Shown here piece after piece: positions 15,914 to 27,300 of a stretch of DNA of 30,082 nucleotides. The notes beneath the pieces are model-generated. The model saw only the letters and a list, made by a program, of their open reading frames with translations. It ran no database searches and was not told the DNA's origin. The position numbers were made by a program, and so were the translations under genes. The stretch is taken from positions 220,925 through 251,006 of the forward strand of contig PS015015.1 of NCBI GenBank assembly GCA_048213135.1, given 5' to 3'. Every line of letters starts with the position of its first letter. The stretch's first letter is position 1. The stretch is from Reclinomonas americana ATCC 50394. Its lineage: Eukaryota.

Positions 15914-17507
15914 GCGCGCGTCGCGCGACGACGACGACGTACGTACGGTACGGACGGACGGTACGGTCGGTTACGGGTTACGGGTACGGACGTACGTANN
16001 NNNNNNNNNNNNNNNNNNNNNNNNNNNNNNNNNNNNNNNNNNNNNNNNNNNNNNNNNNNNNNNNNNNNNGACGACGGACGGTAACGGTAACGGTAACGGT
16101 AACGGTAACGACGACGACGCGCGCGCGCGACGACGACGACGACGACCCCCCCCCTCTCTCTACTCTCTCTCCCCCCCCCCCCCCCCACCCCACCCACACA
16201 CACACACACACACGCACCCACAAACATGATGAACTCTGAGCCGGGCTTGGCCACGCGACACAGCTTGGAGACGACGGCGTTGTAGGTGAGCATGTAGCGC
16301 AGCGACGTCATGATGCTGGCATCCTTCTTCAGCATGTCGCGGTCGACGTACTCGGTCTTCAGCAGATACGAGGTCTGCCAGTAGGCGTAGAACAGGAACA
16401 TGCCCAGCATGTTCATCCCGTAGTTGTACTCGCAGTTGGCGTGGTTGTTGCACACGGCGTACTTTCCGTCCGACGGATACCAGCGCAAGCAAAAACAGAC
16501 TGCACACGCAACAAACAACAGCGTCACGCACGGTGGTCACGAGAGGCAAAACATCAAAGGAGCACGCACCGACAGGTGGAATGGAGTGAATAAAGACCGA
16601 GGTGACCTTGTCGACCGAGTGGAAGACGAGGGAGTTGCGCCACGTGGGAATGGCCCATAGCAGCGTGCCGTTCGAGATGGTGAACACGAGCTGGAAGAGC
16701 GCCGCACTTGTCGGATAGAAAACCAAGTAGACCACCAGCGCCATGTTCGCAAAGTAGCAAAAGTCGATCAGGAAGTAGTGATCCTTGTTGGAGTGGTAGC
16801 TGAAGAAGCGCGTGATGACCAACTGCAAGCAGCACGAGGGCATGAATGAATGATTATATTGCGGAACTCGCTCACGCACTCACTCACCAGCGGCATCCAG
16901 AACAAGTAATAGTACGGTGTGAGATGCGGAACGCGACCAGCCATGTACGCAAGCATGACTGTGTTCAACACGCCTATTTCCGGAGAGTGGGGTTCGTGAG
17001 ACAAGTGGAAAACAACTCTCATTCTCTCTCCGCAAGCTGCCCTCACCCAAGTAGAACGCGATCTTGTCCCTGAGCTTGACAACGACGGGATTCTGCAGGC
17101 CACGCAGCAACTTCTGCTCTCCACGCGCTCAGTCAATCGCGAGGCCAACACGAGTGCGAAGGAAAACACGCAACAAGTCTCCTCTTTTGCACCGCGTGCA
17201 CCATGGCGGTCTTGCGCGCGGAGAAGAGCGATCGCAGTCGCGCCGCCTTGTTCTTGATTCGAGATCCGAGACTATCCAACGACACATCGCTGTCTCACAC
17301 GCATTGCCACTCAGTCTCTCTCTCACACACACAGACGCGCACACTCCTCTCCACACACAAACCCTTTGAGCTTCTCAAACACACTGAACGCGCTGTTGTC
17401 GATCTGTGCGCGACGTGATGAGTACACACGCACACACACACGCGCGTGTACACACACACCTCGCCAATGTCATAGTCGGCATCGACCAGGTAGCCCGTGG
17501 CTGCCAT
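15176..17507 (-). CDS. GPC1: Glycerophosphocholine acyltransferase (Gpc1/GPCAT, DUF2838 family)
   Basis: VKLRDKIAFYL|GV, RFFSYHSNKDHYFLIDFCYFAN, NGTLLWAIPTWRNSLVFHSVDKVTSVFIH, YAYWQTSY, TSLRY, SVWNGATFYIE. Confidence 0.88.
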
Positions 17508-17602
17508 TCTCGCGATCGCCACTTGTCCGTCACACACAGCGAAGGAGGACGAGCTTCGTGTGTCCTCTCTCTCTCTCTCTCAGTCACTTTGGGGTTTGCA
17601 TC

Positions 17603-20067
17603 ATGCGAGTGGCACTGCTGCTGCTGCTCGTGCTGGTGGTGGCCATCACCACCACTGCTGCTGCCAAACCCGGCAACAAGCATGCAACTGCATCGTCTGC
17701 CTCGCTGGGTATGTGCGCTGCAGACAGACATGTCGAGCAAGCCATGACTCTCTCTCTTCCCTCACACACACGCATGCATGCACACACAGTGTTCACCTGG
17801 CAGCATGTTGACGACGCCAATCAACACGTTTCACCGTCACTCATCGGGCGTCGCGTGGGTCATGTCAGTGCGGCGGCCACATGCAATCGCAGTGTGTTTT
17901 GGTGGGGTGGTCGGACGTCGCCAGTGGCCTTTTCCGATTCGCTTGTGAGCAGCTCGTGGATGGAGTCGGGCGATATGGAGTCGATCAAGGAGCTGAGTGT
18001 GCGTGGCGACGTGCCCAGTGGTCGTATGGGTGCATCGATGGTCGCCGTGCGCGCGAACGAGGAATGCACGCAGCAGCGATTGCTGCTGTTTGGAGGGCGC
18101 GATAGTGTGTTCTCGGGCGCCCCGTTGGCGGAGGCGGTGGTCCACGAGTACTCGACTGGTGCGTCTGTGTGTGTGTCTGCGAGTGGGCTTTTGCCTCGCC
18201 TCATCCTGCTTCCTGCAAAAGAGTACGAAAGTTGGCAGACGCTGCCGAGCAATCGCCACTCGCCGTCGCCCCGCACCGGTCACTGCTCGGTGCTGGTCGA
18301 CAACTCGCTGATGTACATCATTGGTGGTTTCGATGGAACGCACCGACTCGCCGATGTGCACGTCTTCAACGCCGAGCGCAAGGAGTTTGTGCCGGTGCAG
18401 ATTGGTGGCAGCGGTTCGCTGTCACCGCGCGAGGGCCACCGATGCGTGGCGATCGGCACCAACATTTACGTGGTGGGCGGCTCAGATGGCGATGTGTTCT
18501 TTGATGATGTGCACGTGTTGGACACGAGTTGCGTCGTTTGCATGATGGCACCACCACGACCCGATCGATGGTTCGCTGACGTGGCGCGACACAGAGACGC
18601 GCAAGTGGGCCAAGATGTCCACACGTGGCCAGTTTACTGCGNNNNNNNNNNNNNNNNNNNNAGTCGTCTATCCGCTGACTTGGTGTTCTGACGCGCACAC
18701 TTTTCTCTACACAGACAAAGCTTCGCGACCGCCATGGAGCGCCTCCGTTCGGTCGAGAACCAGGTCACCGAGTTGTGTATGCGCTTGAGTGCCCTGGATG
18801 ATGATTTGCAGGTTGCGTGTGCAGTGTGTTGCCGACGGTGTGTGCATGTGTGCGTTTGGCTCACTGGCTTGCGTGCGTACAGCGCATCGTGTCGAGTTTG
18901 GAGGAGTCGGAGAGGACCGAGGTGACCCTGATCTCGCGCAGCAAGTCCCAGAAGTCGGAGCTGGAGTCGATTGACCGCGAGTCAGAGGAGTCGCTGGCCG
19001 AGCGCAAGTCACTAGAGACGGAGCGCGATGAGGTGTATTCGAGGTTGCGCGCGGCCGTGCGAGAGCACCGCCCAGTGGTGCAGCGACTCAAGCGACTTCG
19101 CAAGGTCGGCAACTGTCGTTTCTCCTTCGTTTCTCCCCCCTGCTACTCACACTGCCCGACAGAAAACCGAAGAGGTCAACGACAAACTGCGCCTGCTGGC
19201 CGACCTCGACCAGACGCTGAAGCATGCTCACGTACGTCTCTCATCAAACTGCGTGTCACTGCCACTTTGCCTGTGCGTAATGTCGCTTCCGATGCAGAAC
19301 GTCGAGGAGCAGCTGCAGAAGCAGCAAGTGGNNNNNNNNNNNNNNNNNNNNNNNNNNNNNNNNNNNNNNNNNNNNNNNNNNNNNNNNNNNNNNNNTATCC
19401 GCGTCCAGCGCGATTCGCTGCTGGTGGAGCGCGAGCGCCTGCTGGAGCAGCTGACCAAGTGGATTCAGTTTGCGAATGCCGACACGTGCACCGGCATTCT
19501 GTCGCACGCTGATTGGGTGAACGTGTTCAAGAGCGAGTCCGCGTCGCAGTGTCCGGGTGGACCGGCCAGTTCGAAAGTGGACGACGTGGCTCGGTGCATC
19601 CAAGATGGCGAGTTCATCTCCGTCATGAAGCAAGTGGTGGACTTGGAGAATCAGGTCCGGGCGTTGCGGCAAAAGCTGAAGGAGCTGGATGCCGAGTTGC
19701 ACGAGTACGTGCTGAAGACTACACCTGTGAAGACGGTGCGTCGCGAGGCTGTGAGAGAGATCGTGTGTACGCTGTGCTTAATTCTCGCGGATTCTTGCAG
19801 CACGCGGAGGACGCACGCCGTGATTACGTGTCCCTGTTGTCGCAGCGTGATCAGTGAGTTGCCTCGCGTTGTGCTTCTTCTGTTTGCAGCTGTGGTTCTC
19901 ACATATGTTTGGCGTCTCTCTCCAGTCTCAAGGAGCTGCAGGATGCAGTCCGCAACTTTGAGAAGCTGCGATGCGAATTCCTGCTGGCCGTGGAACACAC
20001 TCGTACCGTCACCGGCACGCCTGCCCTCGAACCGTGCTCTGGCCCTGCTGCATCGTCGTCGGCATAA
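17603..20067 (+). CDS. Signal-peptide Kelch-repeat protein followed by a long coiled-coil region (two N gaps inside; could be two genes)
   Basis: MRVALLLLLVLVVAITTTAAA, then Kelch blades (PSGRMGASM...LLLFGG, PSPRTGHCS...MYIIGGFDG, SPREGHRC...IYVVGGSDG). Downstream exons are rich in E/L/R heptads. Stop TAA at 20065-20067. Confidence 0.7.
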
Positions 20068-20147
20068 CAAAATATCTCTGTATCTTTTTTCTTTAATGCA
20101 CAAGTGCGAACAACAATCATTAGTTACAGTTTATCGTGACAGCGTGC

Positions 20148-22827
20148 TCATATTCTGGGTGGCGAGGTGGCCTCACGGAGCGGCACTCGAGCCTCCTCCG
20201 GTGAGCTGAGCATGCGGGGTGTGGGTGGTGGCGACGACGATCGCGGTGGCGACTGCTGTGCTCGTCTCTGTCGCCGCTGTCGACGCGGCTTCTTGGTGGG
20301 CGGCCGTCGTCGACATCTGCAGCATGCGAATGGCAGCCACACGTCACCGTCGTGGAAGAAGCACGTGTACACGAACAAGCCGAGGGCGCACACGGGCAGG
20401 AGTATGGTGGCCAGCATGAGTGGCGATATTCCGCCACCACTGCCCCCGGTGGCGCCTGCATCACTGCCACTGCCACTGGAGGCCAGTACGGCACACCACT
20501 GCACGATTACGGGGTACGAGGACTGCGCTTGGTATAGGAGACAAGTCAGTTGTCGTTCAGTCGCGGTGGCCTCCAAGCTCACGCAACAGTCACCACGGAG
20601 GCGTAGCCGGGGTCGCACTCGCATGCCAACGTGGTGTTGGCTGCCGGGCGGGAGTGTGGCGCGGTGCAGTTTGCACGGATGCCGGTGGCGGCGGCTGCGG
20701 CTGAGTCGATGATCAAAGTGTCACTGTCGCTTCCGCTTCCGCTTGCTCCCCCCGTGTTGCCGCTGGTCGTGTTGGAGGTGACTGCGCGTTGCACACACGA
20801 GTTCAGCGCCGCCTGTCGCACTTGATCGCCGGTGCACGACACTGTTGGTTCGCACAGGCCGCTCAGCGGGTTGTAGTAGTCACGCGCTCCATTGTACTTG
20901 GCGACGCAGCCGACGGCAGTCGGTCGGCACGATGCCGTCGCGGAGTCGAATTGCTGGTCCATTGTGCACGCATCCTGGCAGTAGAGACGACCCTGAACAG
21001 TGACTACACGCCGAGGTGCGACGCAGGTGGTGCTGTTGGTGACCAGTGCCGACGCGGTCTCCTGGAACCAGCCCACAGTGGAGAAGTCGACGCGACCCGT
21101 GGCTGCGACCACACCGCGCTGTCTCACGGTGACTGCGCAGTATCCTGTGGCCTGCAGCACTTGCTGTGCTCGAGAAGAACGTGAGCAAGGAAAACTCTTG
21201 CGTCCACACACAATCGCAACAAGTGAACCTTCGCGGTGACTACAAACAAGAAGCGACGGGTGCTATTGGCTGCCACCGACTGCTCCACCGGTGGTGACAC
21301 GTCGAGCGGCTGCACGTACACAGAAGTTGGAATGGAATATGCACGCCAGAGCACGCATAGAGCACGCACCGTGCAAGTGGAGTTGCGCTGCAGGCAGCAG
21401 TCAGAGACGGTCGTGGCAAATGCCGCGGCGGTGGTGCCGATGTTTGTGACATCGACCGCCACGAATGCATCTGTAGCACCGGCCACGAACGGTAGCAGGG
21501 AGGCAGCCGCGATGCTTGGTCGCCCGTCGACCTGACGCACACTGATCGACGAGGTGCTGAGCCGCAGAATCACGTCCACGCTCCCGACGGCGCACTTTAC
21601 TGCCACTTGTCCATCCGAAGCCCTGTGTCGATATGTCGTGTGAGATCTTTCTGTTGTTGTAGAGAGCGAACCCATCTCTGGCAGAACGCACGTGGTGCTG
21701 TCGGTGCAGCCTGTGAGTGCCGCCCCACTGGCCAATGTTGCAGCTCGAAACGGCGAAAACTGATCGTAGAGTGAGGCATTGGGCAACTGGGTGGGATCCA
21801 CGCTGGGCGCACGACAAGAGAACGCTGCCGACCAGGCGGCATCGTTCACGCCGATCTGGTTCTTGGCCGTGCCGATGCGCGACTTGGGCACAAGGAACGA
21901 CGACGAAACGTCCATGTCACGCACGAGCGTGTAATCAATGGCCACCTGTCGGAGGTCTTGTACTCGCTGCATGATGGCGTTGGCGGAGGCCTGTGTCGCG
22001 AGTTAGGCATTGCGATGTGGACAAACTGAGAGAGAGAGAGAGGCCAGGGGAGGGTCACACAACTGTTAGCACATTGCGCACCGAAGCCTCGCGCGTCGAC
22101 TCGGTGAGTGTGGTGGAATACGATTGCGCGGTGCCACTCTGCGACGCAGTCACTGCGATGGAGTAACGCAGTGTCGGCGCCGACAACTCGAACGCCAAGT
22201 ACGTGGTGCTGTTCCGCGCGACATCGTACACGCTAATGTCGGTACCGTCGGAGTGGACACAGCACACCGACGCCGTCGGACACGTGAACGACGATAAGGC
22301 GACTCGCTGTCGGCGTCGAGTGTAGGCATTACGCAGCGTGGTGGGTGGAGAACTCAGTCCGTACACTGTTGTTTGGACAAGGTCAAGGATTTCGAAGAAA
22401 AGAGGATCGAGCTTCCTCACTCACCGACGCTCCAGTCTTGAAGTGCAACAGTGACAGCAAGCGGCTCTGTCAACGACCACATGGTGGCACCACCGGCGGC
22501 GTCCGGGATCAACTCGCCTGCGACACACACAATCAGTCGTGCGCACAGAAACGAGTCGTGCTCCGTCGGCGCTCACTTGGATCCACGCTGAAGGAGAGAG
22601 TCGAGTCAGAGGCCGCGTTCAACGTCGCCGCCACGATCAGCGTGGGAGAGCAACCCGTGCTGCGTGTTGAAGATCGATGAGCAGATGCGAACGCGAACAC
22701 AACAAACGCGCAGTCAGTCGCCGTACCTCCCGCTGGCACACGGCACGACTTGAAGCGATACGGCCTCGCCCAGTGTAGCCACACAGGCGAGAAGGATGAT
22801 CACCGCTGCCGCAACCCGCAGGCGCAT
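20148..22827 (-). CDS. Divergent HAP2/GCS1-like fusexin, type I membrane protein, about 714 aa, 8 introns
   Basis: Hand model with introns 22660-22726, 22518-22576, 22366-22424, 21991-22081, two in-frame introns (69 and 60 nt), 21164-21228 and 20523-20587 gives a 2145-nt open CDS. Segments follow HAP2 order: CxxxxxGCxxTLIVAATL; LTEPLAVTV...VYGL; YLAFELSAPTLRYSIAV; FLVPKSRIGTAKNQIGVNDAAWSAAFSCRAP; domain III-like FVAGATDAFVAVDVTNIGTTAAAFATTVSDC...CAVTVR...VDFST; then TM, CCRC and a basic tail. Confidence 0.72.
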
Positions 22828-23048
22828 CGCAGTTTTGGCGAGAACGGGTGAAAATGGGCAGGGCGCGAGCACCCTCTCCTGTACTGTGCGTGAGAGAGAG
22901 AGAGAGAGAGTGCGTCGCATCGTCGCTCTGTGCGTGGTAGCTGTGCGTGTGTGCGTGTGAGAGAGAGAGGGTTGGTTGCTATCCTCTGTTGATTGGGGAG
23001 AGCGTGTGCATTTGTGTGTGTGTGTGAGTTTGCGTGTGACTTGCCACC

Positions 23049-24200
23049 ATGGGCCAGTGCTGCGGTGCACGCGAACGACCGCGTGCGTCGTCGCACTCGG
23101 AGCCAGTGCAGCTGCCTCCGCGGTTTCCCTCAATGACTGATTTCGCCGCGGTGCCTGAGATACCCGGTGACGGCAATCGCCAGTCTCGCGGATCGCGACC
23201 CGCCGCCAAGCCCGGCTCCGTGCCGCCGCCCTCCGTGCCCGATTCGTTGCTCCGTCGACGATCGTCGGGAACTGCGGCGTCGGATGCCGCCGATCCAGAA
23301 ATCACTGGCGACGGAGATGGGAGCACGTCGCAGCTCGACTCGGAGCACGCGTCGCAAAGCAGCCACCCATCGGCTGTGTCGCAGCGTATCCTCGGCGTGC
23401 CGCTCGCCGAGTCGCTCATCTGCGACTACTCTGTTCATCAGTTTTGTATCTTTTCCACCGTATGCATGCGTTGCTGGTGGTGGCTCATTGCTCCCGCGCG
23501 CGCGCGCAGTTCCATGTTTGCGGTCCCGCGATTCCCGCTGGCCATCCTTCGCGAGCTCCACGAGCGCAGTTGCGTGCGCAGTGTTCTCGTCGTCGAGGGA
23601 GCAGCAAGATGCTCACACACTTGCCACGCATTAGTGTTTGCCGATCCTCGCATGCCGTGGGTGCCGCCTGCGGGGCGTTCCGTCGAGCTGTCGGAGCTGC
23701 GCTCGTTGGTGAACTCGCTGCCGAACAGCGGCGACCGGTGTCTCTGGGGTCCCTTTATGGCAGCCTGCAACGACCAAATGCTGATCGACTTGCTCATAAT
23801 CTGGCTGGTATGACTCTCCTCGTTGTTTATTTGTTGCATGCACTCACTCACTCACTCACGCGCATACGACGCACTGTGCACCAGAACGAGTTGCCGACGC
23901 CTTTGTTTGGCTCGTTGGAGCGGCTAGCCTGGGACCCGAACGGAGTTGAGCCGCCGTCGGATGCGGCTCTGGCACTATTCTTGCGAGAACAGCTGACGCC
24001 GCCGGCGCTGAGTATGCTGTGCCATCTTGCGCGTTGCGTGGCGTGTGTGTGTCTCCCCCCGCAGACCGCGTCTTGCTTGTCTCTCATCTCGTGGCGCAGA
24101 TATCACATCGCTCGCCGCCCACTCGCGACTGCGCAGCCACCCTTCGCATCAGGCGGCCAGCGTCGCCGTCGCCGAGTGGTTTGTCGCCGTCACGCACACC
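23049..24200 (+). CDS. RhoGAP-like domain protein with N-terminal MGQCC acylation motif; 3' end unresolved near gap 24268-24346
   Basis: RILGVPL...VPRFPLAILRELHER|MF...ELSELR...DQMLIDLLIIWL|NELPTPLF...LREQLTPPALSMLCHL resembles the RhoGAP consensus (FGVPL, LLKxWLRELPEPL). Confidence 0.6.
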
Positions 24201-24346
24201 GTCGCCTGCTTAACAGTCCCGCTCACCCTCTTCTCTCTGTGTGTGTGTGTGTGTGCGTCTTTTGCGCNNNNNNNNNNNNNNNNNNNNNNNNNNNNNNNNN
24301 NNNNNNNNNNNNNNNNNNNNNNNNNNNNNNNNNNNNNNNNNNNNNN

Positions 24347-27300
24347 NACCACCGTCCTCGTCGACCTCAATCTTTGGCAGCTTCGGGTAGGTTGGCACGA
24401 GATCGTTGAACGCCTGCGCAATGCCGGCAAGAGCAAGTGAGTGCTCCCATCTATAGCACACGCACACGCACACGCACACAGAGGACGTGGTGTTTACGGA
24501 CCTTGAATGCCTCGGCATTGTGCTGATACATGTAGTGCTTGTTCATGCGCGCCAGCTCCAGCAGGAACTCTTCGTCGTGCAGCGGAATGTCTTCCATCTG
24601 TCGAGACAGGTCAGCGACAATTCCAGTGTGTGCTGTGGTGCGAGTGAAGGGCACCCGCACGCAACTCGAGCCAAGCGCTTGGTGGTGAGAACTCGGCGAA
24701 TCGCCCGTACCACCTGGCAGGACAGAGAAAGAGTGTGAGCTCCCCTGGCTCATGAAAATGTATCGAGTCATATCTGCACGGACGCAACTCCGCCACTGCT
24801 GAACCCGTGCGTAATGTATGCAAACACTTGCGGATGCAACGCGTGCGGCATGGGCACGCCGCACTTGACAGCCGTCTCGCGCCACAGCTTCTGCCGCGTC
24901 TGATATTGCGGCAGCCCGAGATACAGATGTGTGCCGAAGCTGTCCACCAGCGGTTTCTCGTTCCGTGCACGATGACCAGGGTAGGAAGTCAGCACGTAAT
25001 CAACAAGCGCGCACAAGGGGATTGCGATGCAGAAACATATCTTCCACTTGCGAGGTGTTGCCAATGACCATCACTCGCGGAATGCGCTTCACCTCCGTGA
25101 GGTGGTGATCCTCTCCCGACAGGGACGACATGAACACCTTGTTGCGAGCATGTCAGCACATCCTTGCCTTTGGTAGGTGGAGACACACATACACACCTCC
25201 TTGCCAAGTGCGTCCCACAAGAACTTCTTGATGCGACTCGCTGGCAACGACGGCACATCCGACGGCACACCTTCTGCGCCCACCAGCGACTCCGTGGGCT
25301 CTGGGGCCGCAGACTTGCCCTTCTTTCCCTTCTTGCCTTTCTTCTTGCCCTGCGGGGAGCAGATCACGTGTCATGCATGGGCGAGGTGGCGGGTGAGGGA
25401 CAGGATGGCGTGGCGCGCAACTCCGGCATCCACAACGACCTGATGCACTTGATCAATGTACACCACAGCCGGTACGTCGAGATGTGCGGCCAGCTGCGCA
25501 TCTGTGAGTTTCTCTCTCTCTCTCACGGAAAAGCTCTTCTCCATCCACACGCACCTTGAAGACGGCGTCGGTCATGTACTTGGTGGCGGCCTCCGAGTCG
25601 GCCAGCTTGCCGTAAATGTTGGACGGACTGAAGTCGAAGAACAAGGCATTGGTGTCGTTGGCGGCCGCGTATGAGAGCATCGTCTTCCCGCTGCCGCTGG
25701 GACCGTACAACAGCACGCTCTTGGCTGCCGGGGCGTACAGCAAGTCGCAACCGAGCGGATACACCACCTTCTCCACAAACAGCTGTCGTACCTGAGCCAA
25801 ACTCGGCTCAGGTAGCGGCTTTTGCGGTGGCGGCGCTTCACCCTCGGCCAGACGCTGCGGCTTCAGAGCCTCCTCGACTGCCACCTTCTCGGCCAGACCG
25901 GCCAAGTTGTTGAAGTCGCAGATAAAGTCACTGACACTCACAGAGGGGATCTGCGCACAATGCATTCACACTGATCAACTTGTGCGGCGCGAGTACAGCA
26001 TTGAACGGCAGTGCCACCGACGCACTCGACGAAGGAGTCCGAGTGAGAACATTTCCGTGAGAAGCTTGCGATCCTCGTCGTCTTGTTCGCGCATGGTCTT
26101 CAGCACTGTGCGAGAATCAGAGTGAATACGTCGCAAGACATCAGTTATCTACGTCGAAAAAGCTCTCACCAACAGGAGCCTCCTCCTTGACCTTCTTGCC
26201 CTTGGCGCCCTTCTTGCCCTTCTTCCTGCACACGTGGCGAGAGCGCATGTCAACACCGATTTAATGATATGTGTGGAAGCAGCAGCTCATGTTACGCACC
26301 CTTTGGCACCCTTGCCTTTCTTTCTGCGCCACAGAAGAGTTCACACACACACACGCACATGAGTCATCACATGACATCAAACCTTCCGCACACTAAAGTA
26401 CACCAGTAACACACCCTTTCTTTCCGCTGGCGCCCGGATCGCCCACCAGTTGCGCCTTGAGGTTCTCCATCTCCATTTTCAGCAGAAGATCAAGATCGGC
26501 GTTGGCCTACACGCTCGCCCTCCGTCAGTTCTCACTTCATGCCGGTGACAAGTTAGGTGTGCACCCACTCACCTCGGCCTGCACTTCCTCCTTGGCCCTC
26601 TGTCGCACAATGTCCAGCCGGTACTTGTGTTCGTGCTCCGCCATGTCCGACTCGGCAGCCTGCCACTTGCTAATGTACTGCTGCAGGCTGTCGCTGATGA
26701 CTCCAGTGACAGCTGGGTTCAACACTTTCTCCTCCGGTGGCCCCTGCACTGCGAGTCAGACGCGCACCGCTGGCAACTGGCTATCACGAAAACGCACCTC
26801 ATCGTCGCCGCCCTTGTCCTTCTTGCCCTTGCCTTTCTTGCCCTTCTTGCCCTTTTTGCCTTTCTCGCCCTTGCCTTTCTTGCCCTTTTTCCCCTTGCCG
26901 CCCTTCTTGCCCTTCTTGCCTCCCTCTTCCTCGTCGTCTGCGCGGCGACGAGATGATGGCACGTGTTGGCGAGTGATGGTGATACAGCACGACAAGAGCA
27001 ACAGATAGTCGACATACCTGGATCGCCCTTCTGGTACTTTTCCGGATGCTCCAGCCGATCCAGCACGTACATGTATGTGCTGTTGGGTACGTCGCTCGGC
27101 GCGACAGGAGCGCCTTCGGCGGGAGGTGGCGGCCCTTCAAACTCGAGAAACGTACACACACGCCAGTCAAGGACAACCACAAGCGAACATGAGATTGACA
27201 AGGAGAGGAGGAGAAAAGCACACAAAAGGATATTCTCCAGTCGCACGCCAGTTGCTGATGATCTTTTCGACGAATTCCCGCGACCTCTCCTCCGTGTACT

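Noticed and set aside
15915-16145. (GGTAAC)n/(ACG)n/GTACG repeats resembling telomere or satellite DNA
   Set aside because: They flank an N gap right after homopolymer and CA tracts and cycle in T-A-C-G order, typical of degraded pyrosequencing read ends.
24347-24440. + strand peptide TTVLVDLNLWQLRVGW... as the last RhoGAP exon or an overlapping gene
   Set aside because: Better explained as the antisense of an IQCA1 exon (EAFK|AFNDLVPTYPKLPKIEVDEDGG), which has a good branch site and CAG acceptor.
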